DNA of 64,000 nucleotides from a virus: IMG/VR virus record IMGVR_UViG_3300015263_000719, positions 1 to 64,000 of that record; one strand, 5' to 3'. Shown piece by piece: positions 57,192 to 64,000 of this stretch (position 1 is its first letter; each line of letters starts with the position of its first letter). The notes under the pieces were generated by a model. It saw only the letters and a program-made list of their open reading frames with translations, ran no database searches and was not told where the DNA came from. The position numbers and the translations under genes were made by a program.

Positions 57192-58790
57192 TTACATATA
57201 AGGATTGTATTCAATTCTTCCTACTCTACTAATATCCCAAATTGCAAGTGATCCAGCACAGACACGGTATACACCACATCTTGAATTGTTGGAATATGCA
57301 TTTGATCCATCAGTAATTGCACCTGATCTAATATCATATCTGTTACAAACAGAGAAATATTCTTCAACTCCATCTTGCATCACCATAGTGATATTCTCAT
57401 CTCTAGCACCTTCAGCTTTATAGTCTGTAGCACCTAAATCAAAGATATCCATTGCAAATGATTCAAGAGGTTTGTTGGTTCCAGGAGCTTTTATTCTAAA
57501 TACACTATCATCATCCTTAATAGGATCATAGTTGATAGATACGGTTACACCATTATAGAACTTGATTTCAGTGAACTGAGCACCAAAAGAAAGTTCATTG
57601 TCATGATAACCATCTGGATTTTGTCTTTGCTTAACAAAGAAATTAGCATCTGGGTAATTAAATGCTGAAGCTTCTTCAGCAATCAATCTTGACAAGAATT
57701 CAATTCCACCTTCTCCAGAGTAGATTTTAATCTTTCTATCAGCGAAAGATTTTCTACGGAAGAAAATAGTAGTTAAGAACTCTGACAAGTCAGATAAAGT
57801 AAGTGAACCATTGTGTTCCCAGAAGTGTCCATCTCTTGCGAGTTGTCTCCAACCTGGAGCCACTTTGATAGGTCTTGTAGTATCTCTGTCAGTAGTCTTT
57901 TGCAGTCTACCAAATTCCATCATAAATTCCCTATCAGCTTCACATCTTTCATTCAATCTAGCTTCAGCCTTTGTAATAAAGACACCTTTTTCAATTAATT
58001 CATTTGAACCAGACTGCTTCAATTTTGCCTGATAAATATAACCTGATGCAAAAGCATCTGAATACATTTTACCACCAAAAGAGTATTTCTCAGTATTTGC
58101 CATGCCTTTCTTAGCAGCAGCAAGTTCCATTCTTACAAACTTATCAGTAAATTCGATTTTGTTTGCAAATTGACCAGTCCATGAACGTAGTTTCTGGAAT
58201 TGACCATAGGAATCTGGAGAAAACTTTTGGTTGTCTTCATCGGCAACCATTGAAGTAGCTCTAGTAAGAATTCTATCAGGTGAAATAAGTTCAATTGGCA
58301 TCCAATCATTAGGATCACCAGATTGAAGCTCTACTTCATAAGCCCATGAATCAGCATTAAGCATTTCAGGATAACCTATGATTCTCAACATTGGTGCATC
58401 AGGATCTTCTGTCAAAAGTACAGAAGGCTCATGCTCAAAGTTTTTATCAATAGCTATCTTAAATGGTTGACCATCTTTTCCTGGTTGGCTTGTAGGATCA
58501 ACTAAAAGTTCAGTAATCCTGAACTCTACTTTAGCATCACCTGCAACTGACCATTCATAATCATCTACTCCACCAGGAAGTACATGATAATTACCAGAAG
58601 CAATTGTCATCCAATTGAATTTCTTATTAACTAATTCACTCTTTAAACTAGAACTGAATAGTTGTGCTGTCTTTACACCAAAATTATAAGGCTTATAATC
58701 ACGGAACATTGAAGCATGACTAACTGAGTCATGAAATGAACCACCAAAGTTCTTATATTCTGATAACTTAATAGCAGTATTTCTATTCAT
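57192..58790 (-). CDS. major capsid protein (crAss-like, HK97 fold)
   Basis: DDYEW, PGKDGQPFKI, YEVELQ, GWRQL, YSGEGG, FGAQFTE motifs; 532 aa; position after portal and scaffold. Confidence 0.88.
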   Translation of the reverse strand: MNRNTAIKLSEYKNFGGSFHDSVSHASMFRDYKPYNFGVKTAQLFSSSLKSELVNKKFNWMTIASGNYHVLPGGVDDYEWSVAGDAKVEFRITELLVDPTSQPGKDGQPFKIAIDKNFEHEPSVLLTEDPDAPMLRIIGYPEMLNADSWAYEVELQSGDPNDWMPIELISPDRILTRATSMVADEDNQKFSPDSYGQFQKLRSWTGQFANKIEFTDKFVRMELAAAKKGMANTEKYSFGGKMYSDAFASGYIYQAKLKQSGSNELIEKGVFITKAEARLNERCEADREFMMEFGRLQKTTDRDTTRPIKVAPGWRQLARDGHFWEHNGSLTLSDLSEFLTTIFFRRKSFADRKIKIYSGEGGIEFLSRLIAEEASAFNYPDANFFVKQRQNPDGYHDNELSFGAQFTEIKFYNGVTVSINYDPIKDDDSVFRIKAPGTNKPLESFAMDIFDLGATDYKAEGARDENITMVMQDGVEEYFSVCNRYDIRSGAITDGSNAYSNNSRCGVYRVCAGSLAIWDISRVGRIEYNPYM

Positions 58791-58814
58791 TGTTTTAAAA
58801 AATTTTTAAGTATA

Positions 58815-59927
58815 TTAAACATCACCAAACTCAAAATTTGAAGTATCGAGTTTTTTAGGTTGAACAACTTCCTTCCCACCTGTTCCAGGTGATTCTTTGA
58901 AATTACGTTCAATTCTATTTTTAATTTCCTGTGTTTTAGGTGAAGCTCCATGTTTAGCATAAGCCTCTAAATCAAACACTCCTTTCTTAGCATCAAAGTA
59001 AGTAAAAAAATCAGCAAGCTGCACAATAGCAGCAGGGTGTTTCATCACCTCTCTTGATTTTACTGGAATATTTCCTTGCATCAGTTCTTGTTGAACTGCA
59101 GTTTGTCTAACTGGTTTCCAGCCTGTCTTACTTATTTCTTCTTTAATTTTAGATTGGAATTCTCTTTTAGCTTGTTCTCTGGCAGCAACTTCAGCTTCTG
59201 TTTCAGTAACTGTAGTTTTAGCTTTTGTATTAAAAGAGTCTTTTTTTGATTCGAGTTTTTTCTTAGCTGTATTTTCAAGCTCACCCTTATCTTCCAATGA
59301 ATCTACAAATGTTTGAGCAACCTCATTATCATAACCTTCATTCAAATATTCCTTAACAAGGAAATCTCTTTGTTTGGTTACATCTGAGATATCAATACTT
59401 TCATAATCCACTGGACTATTTTCTTTTACAAATTGATTCAACACACTCCAGGAAACATCATTACCTTTTTGCTTTTCAGCAAGACCATATCTAAAAAGAT
59501 ATTGTAAAGGTTCTGGCATTTCATCATAGACACTCTTTAAAATCTCTGAAGGCAATGTCTCAAATATTTGATCAATTTCTTCATAAGTTCCTTTAAAGTC
59601 TTTTCTTTCCTGAGTGTAACCATGATCAACTAAAGTCTTATATATTCCATAAGCTTTAGGATCAGCACCTTCTGGTATGGTTTCCTCAGTTTCATCACCT
59701 GATGTATCTACTGTATCTTCTTTAACATCTTCTTTATCAGTATCAACAACAGGACTAGTGTCATCAATAATAGCATCATCTTTCTCTGTAGTGTTTGTTA
59801 CAGGTTCTTTTACCTGTGTTGGCTCCTCATTAACATTATCTGGTTCTATAATTGCATCTTCTAAAAAGAAACCAAATTCAGGAGCAACATTTGTTTCTGT
59901 TGAAGTTTTTCCTTCTTCTGTACTCAT
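58815..59927 (-). CDS. acidic scaffold-like structural protein
   Basis: Acidic disordered N-terminus and coiled coil; between portal and MCP. Confidence 0.6.
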   Translation of the reverse strand: MSTEEGKTSTETNVAPEFGFFLEDAIIEPDNVNEEPTQVKEPVTNTTEKDDAIIDDTSPVVDTDKEDVKEDTVDTSGDETEETIPEGADPKAYGIYKTLVDHGYTQERKDFKGTYEEIDQIFETLPSEILKSVYDEMPEPLQYLFRYGLAEKQKGNDVSWSVLNQFVKENSPVDYESIDISDVTKQRDFLVKEYLNEGYDNEVAQTFVDSLEDKGELENTAKKKLESKKDSFNTKAKTTVTETEAEVAAREQAKREFQSKIKEEISKTGWKPVRQTAVQQELMQGNIPVKSREVMKHPAAIVQLADFFTYFDAKKGVFDLEAYAKHGASPKTQEIKNRIERNFKESPGTGGKEVVQPKKLDTSNFEFGDV

Positions 59928-59960
59928 TTTTCTTATGATTTTGAAACGTTAGTGTAGTTA

Positions 59961-59992
59961 CAAAACTACTATTATTTAATAATATATACAAG
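59961..59992 (-). promoter_or_regulatory. Bacteroidota sigma-A type promoter for scaffold/MCP
   Basis: Minus strand CTTG, 20-nt spacer, TAGTTTTG; TTGACA further upstream. Confidence 0.65.
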
Positions 59993-60045
59993 CCTATGTC
60001 AAGGCTTTAAGCTGATTATTATACAATTATCAATATTATATAAAA

Positions 60046-62721
60046 TTAGCTTTTATTACTTGAAGACTTCTTTTCTTTACTTTCAGTCTTCTTAGCTGCA
60101 ATTTCCTTGGATTTGTTTTCAGCATCCATTTTATCCTTTACAGCTTTGTTACCAATTTCCTGTTCTTTAAGATCTAATTCTCTATCTTTCTGAACACCTG
60201 TTCTCACATCCATAGCCATATCATGTGCTATCTTAGCAGCTTCAAGTGGATCAGGAATTCCATCCTGATCTTGATTAAGATCAGCCTGCATCTTATAAAC
60301 ATCAATTGCAGCTCTTTGCAACATATAATCACCTTTGATATGTTCCTTCTCAATTTCATGAGCTTGTTCATCTTCTCTGGCTTCAATCTGCATTTGTTGC
60401 AATTCTTTCTGTTGTTGTGATCTCATCTGTTCTAACTGCTGTTCTCTTTCAGATTGTTTATTCCTTTCAATCTGAATCATCTTATGAATCTCTTCTGGAG
60501 ATTCACCATTAGCAATAGCTTTAAGCATACTGGATACAGCTTCCATACCTTCACCAGCATTCTGACTAAATGCATGTACCATTTGTGTCATAGATTCTCT
60601 ATAGAATTGATCTTGTCCTGAATTAGTTAAATATAAACCAATGTCATTATGATCCAGAATTTCAGGTGTAATTTTCAATAACTCCTCTGTTCCATTAGGA
60701 GTAACATATTGTATGAAATGTTCCTTCTTTTGAGGATTCATTTCAAATATTTGTTTACAATACATTCTGAATAAAATCAACCACTCATTCAATGCTTTCT
60801 TCCATACTTGAGAATGCATATAAAAATAAGGTTCTGTAATATGATGTGACTGAGTAATAGCCTGTTGATTATCTGTAACATTGGAATTAGAGCTAAACAT
60901 AGCTTCTCTTTGTGGACTAATTCCCATAGCCATTCCTATTTCAACATCCAGATAATCTAATAATTGCATCAAGTTAATAAGCTCTGCAGCATTACCTGTC
61001 ATAGAAGATCTGCTTCCTGGACTTCTGGTAGAAGGAGGTAATCCATCTGCTGATTGTGAACCTGAATAATAATTCTTACCAAGTTTTTTTACAAACAGAT
61101 TCCAAACAGCAACTTTATCTCTTCCTGGAATAGGAACTCCATTCTCATCCATTGACAGATAATCAGGTATCTGATCAACATCTACATCCATAACATAACC
61201 TTGATACTTAGCAAGTTCTCTATTCAAAATAAGCTTTACATAAAAAGCTTCCATTTGAACTGGAGTAGCTCTTTGAACAAGACTAATAGATTCAGAGTTT
61301 AAATTAGTAAATAATCTACCTTTATAACTTAATGTGAATGATCCATAAGGATCATCAATATTAATTGGTTGATTAGGTACTTCTCTCATTTTAGTAAATG
61401 TATTTTCTCCAAGTCTGACAACTTCATATCTTCTTGGTATCCATAACTTTTCTGCAGAATAAGCAACACCAAATTCATCAGTCCATTCCCATTTAACAGA
61501 TTTATCACCAAATTTATTAACAAATTTAATTTTAACTGCATCTTCAGGAATTTCAAACTTATTACTAACTATCTCAGTTATTTCTTTATTATACTCATCA
61601 GTATAACTTAAAAATATAAGTTCTCTGAATGCTTTAAATTCAATATGAGTTTCCCATAATAATCTTTCTGAATTAAATCTTCTATTAGTTCCTGAACCCA
61701 TAGATTGTCCAACTGTCTTATCATGCTGGTCCATAGAACTTCTCAACATACTTTCAGTAGTATCATTAAATACTTTCTTAGCATTGCCAGAAAGAACATC
61801 ATGTCTTTTATCCATGGAAAGATTTGAACTTGGAGTGTATATTCCAAGTCTTTCAAAATCTTCATCTTTCAGATCATTGATATATTTATTATAAGCATCA
61901 GCAAGAGTAATAGCATTTTTATACCAGAAATAATCTCCTTTCTCAACATCAATAACATTAGGTGATTTGTGAAAACCACAATGTAATGGATTAAGAACTT
62001 TAACTATAGGTTTACCATATTCCCAACCTACCCAGATAAATACTCTATCTGCAGTAATACCATGTCTTAAAGACAATTGTTGCTGAGTTAGTATATCCTG
62101 ATCATAATGACAGAACTTTAAAGCTTTGCTATTAAAGATTTCCCATTCTGTAAGAAAAGATTTAGTAGCAAGATCTTCTGGTTCAAGTTGAGTTCTCATC
62201 TCTTCCATTGCCTTTTCAATATCCTGATTGGACATTTCACCTTGCTGCTGCATTTTAACTTTTTCAATCATCAATTGAACTTTTTCTTCAATTGACATTC
62301 TTATTGCTTCTTTTTGAGCTTCTGATTTTTCTTTTACTTCCTTATCAGATAGAAGTGTAATTTTTAAATTATCTTTTCGTTTTAATAGTTCACCTACTAA
62401 AACATTAACTTTATTATGTATCCTACTATAAGGTAAAATTTCTTCCTCATAACCTTCAGGTAATAAATCATTTTCTCCAAGAGGATTAATGAATCTTTCC
62501 AGTTCTTGTTTAAAACCTTCAATATTATTATTTACCAGATCATAACTTAATTTCATCTTTGGATAGTCACTTACAACAGTAGTGTCATAAGGAACTAAAT
62601 AGTTGATATAATCTTTAAACCATTGACCATCCTCTTTATATTTTTGTGATTCAGGTATCTTCAACTTAAAAATAGGTTCATCAAGTCTTGAAGTAGGTTT
62701 TTTACTTTTTACTGCTTCCAT
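60046..62721 (-). CDS. portal protein
   Basis: KVNVLVGE, GISPQRE, QSHHITE, DLNQDGIPD motifs of crAss-like portals; TAATG-coupled to terminase. Confidence 0.9.
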   Translation of the reverse strand: MEAVKSKKPTSRLDEPIFKLKIPESQKYKEDGQWFKDYINYLVPYDTTVVSDYPKMKLSYDLVNNNIEGFKQELERFINPLGENDLLPEGYEEEILPYSRIHNKVNVLVGELLKRKDNLKITLLSDKEVKEKSEAQKEAIRMSIEEKVQLMIEKVKMQQQGEMSNQDIEKAMEEMRTQLEPEDLATKSFLTEWEIFNSKALKFCHYDQDILTQQQLSLRHGITADRVFIWVGWEYGKPIVKVLNPLHCGFHKSPNVIDVEKGDYFWYKNAITLADAYNKYINDLKDEDFERLGIYTPSSNLSMDKRHDVLSGNAKKVFNDTTESMLRSSMDQHDKTVGQSMGSGTNRRFNSERLLWETHIEFKAFRELIFLSYTDEYNKEITEIVSNKFEIPEDAVKIKFVNKFGDKSVKWEWTDEFGVAYSAEKLWIPRRYEVVRLGENTFTKMREVPNQPINIDDPYGSFTLSYKGRLFTNLNSESISLVQRATPVQMEAFYVKLILNRELAKYQGYVMDVDVDQIPDYLSMDENGVPIPGRDKVAVWNLFVKKLGKNYYSGSQSADGLPPSTRSPGSRSSMTGNAAELINLMQLLDYLDVEIGMAMGISPQREAMFSSNSNVTDNQQAITQSHHITEPYFYMHSQVWKKALNEWLILFRMYCKQIFEMNPQKKEHFIQYVTPNGTEELLKITPEILDHNDIGLYLTNSGQDQFYRESMTQMVHAFSQNAGEGMEAVSSMLKAIANGESPEEIHKMIQIERNKQSEREQQLEQMRSQQQKELQQMQIEAREDEQAHEIEKEHIKGDYMLQRAAIDVYKMQADLNQDQDGIPDPLEAAKIAHDMAMDVRTGVQKDRELDLKEQEIGNKAVKDKMDAENKSKEIAAKKTESKEKKSSSNKS

Positions 62722-63998
62722 TATTGTAATAAATGTTTGTGTACTTTAGGTAGCATTTTTGGATTTACTGACAAAAAGCTTAAAGGATTTTTATTGTTTC
62801 CTTTTCTTCTCACTTCCTGTATCATTTTGTGTTCCTCCTCTCTTATATACAGTGGAAATCCCAGCATACTATCAACTGCATCGAAGTTTCCTTCTTTCAA
62901 ATCAAATGCTGCAATTTGCCTCAGTGAAAAAATACATGGAAGAGTTTCAATAACTAACTTTCCATTTAATGATTCAATAGGTTTTAATAGAAAATCTGCA
63001 AAATCATCAAGCATTGAAATTTTTGCAATCTGATTACCTACTATATATCCATATTGTGTAACTGTTCTGCCATAAATAGAATCTCCTTTTTCAAATTGTG
63101 GTCTGATACATAAAAGATCCTGTTTTTTCTTTTTATGAAAATAGCCTCTGCAATACTCTCCTCTATTAGCCTCATACCATAAATGTCTTTTTGGATTTCC
63201 ATAAAATGCCATAAGCTTTTCAAGATTGGAATAAAATTCCCTTTTACCATTTTTAGCTTTACCTACATAAGTAGCAACTAAAGGTGAACCTGCAAGATAC
63301 TTATCCCAATACTTAGGATTCATCCATACATGTACTGAACCAAGAGAACCTCCTTTATCCCATTCATCTGAAACATAAGGATCATGTGTAAACACAAACA
63401 TATCATTAGGTACTTCTCCTGCAACCTCAATGGGAGGTGTAAACATTAATATAGCTCCTTCAAGACTTTGCCTCATTGAATTTGTTTCAAGAGGAAATTC
63501 ATAAAAAGGTTCTGCATTATGATCTACACTATAATCTATATTATCCCTTTTTGAAGTATCCCAATGTAACTTTATTGGTGTACCTATCTTCTGATATAAA
63601 TTATCTTTAGCTAATTCCTTTATTCTTTCTTCAGCTTCTTTAGCTGGAAGAATATGTCCTCTGTTTGTTTGCCACATATCAGATGGAATCATTGGATGAT
63701 TCATCTTTTCAGCTCTCAATATAGAGGGATCATCAGATTCAGCAGCCTTAGATCTCTCAATCATATAATACTCCTTAGCTTCTTCTATGAGAGTATTTCC
63801 ATTCTTGTCTTTAAATTTTCTATTTGTAATATATGCAGGTAAGAAAAAACCAATTGGTTCATTAGAACCTTCCCAATAATCAGGGAATTCTAAACAATCA
63901 TAATCTCTTGGATGGGTGAAAACCTGTCTTGCTGGAATTACTGTTTCCATATTACCAGATGTACCAAGGAATATCTGAGTACCAAATTGTTGTCCACC
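62721..63998 (-). CDS. terL: terminase large subunit, C-terminal part (5' end outside window)
   Basis: Frame open to the window edge (..FLGTSGNM..); GFFLPAY, HDPY, YEANRG, NFDAVDS nuclease-domain motifs; precedes portal. Confidence 0.9.
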   Translation of the reverse strand, partial: GGQQFGTQIFLGTSGNMETVIPARQVFTHPRDYDCLEFPDYWEGSNEPIGFFLPAYITNRKFKDKNGNTLIEEAKEYYMIERSKAAESDDPSILRAEKMNHPMIPSDMWQTNRGHILPAKEAEERIKELAKDNLYQKIGTPIKLHWDTSKRDNIDYSVDHNAEPFYEFPLETNSMRQSLEGAILMFTPPIEVAGEVPNDMFVFTHDPYVSDEWDKGGSLGSVHVWMNPKYWDKYLAGSPLVATYVGKAKNGKREFYSNLEKLMAFYGNPKRHLWYEANRGEYCRGYFHKKKKQDLLCIRPQFEKGDSIYGRTVTQYGYIVGNQIAKISMLDDFADFLLKPIESLNGKLVIETLPCIFSLRQIAAFDLKEGNFDAVDSMLGFPLYIREEEHKMIQEVRRKGNNKNPLSFLSVNPKMLPKVHKHLLQ

Positions 63999-64000
63999 TC

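Noticed and set aside
3346-63842. Many short antisense or nested ORFs in the ORF track (e.g. 8100-8498, 19400-19861, 47152-47643)
   Set aside because: Shadows of long minus-strand genes, with low-complexity S/L/F-rich translations
3824-63998. Stop-codon reassignment (TAG=Gln or TGA=Trp) as in some crAss-like clades
   Set aside because: Giant ORFs are intact in code 11; the TGA at 19015 is followed by TAA and the next ORF is in another frame
1-64000. tRNA, rRNA genes or inteins
   Set aside because: Intergenic gaps are short with no cloverleaf seen; no intein signatures noticed in the visible terminase, portal, MCP or RNAP sequence (by eye only)

Overview
This window is about 64 kb of an AT-rich, crAss-like (Crassvirales-type) lytic phage with a Bacteroidota host, using the standard genetic code. 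Positions 1-3.8 kb (+ strand) are the end of the replication/accessory arm: dUTPase, an AEP primase-like protein, a free-standing GIY-YIG homing endonuclease and small ORFs. A hairpin terminator at about 3.8 kb separates this arm from one long minus-strand virion module. Read from the right end, that module encodes terminase large subunit (5'-truncated), portal, scaffold-like protein, major capsid protein, conserved capsid/ring proteins, five mosaic head/tail fibre or sialidase-like proteins, a promoter-led cassette (Tad1-like sponge plus secreted OMP-like protein), tail hub proteins, an Ig-like protein, holin-like genes, a promoter-led metallophosphoesterase/nuclease cassette, ring, IHF-like, tubular and muzzle tail proteins, and five putative ejected cargo proteins including a giant virion RNA polymerase. 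The most notable observations are: (i) a NADAR-like (ADP-ribose eraser) domain inserted inside the virion RNAP, next to a cargo protein with an ADP-ribosyltransferase domain; (ii) an apparent -1 frameshift that would fuse the RNAP to its upstream cargo gene (about 4,555 aa); (iii) a Tad1-like immune-signal sponge co-transcribed with an outer-membrane protein; (iv) a homing endonuclease that appears to have replaced its host gene's N-terminus; (v) extreme CpG depletion with a CpG-richer fibre segment. All family assignments come from motif recognition by eye and gene order, not from database searches.
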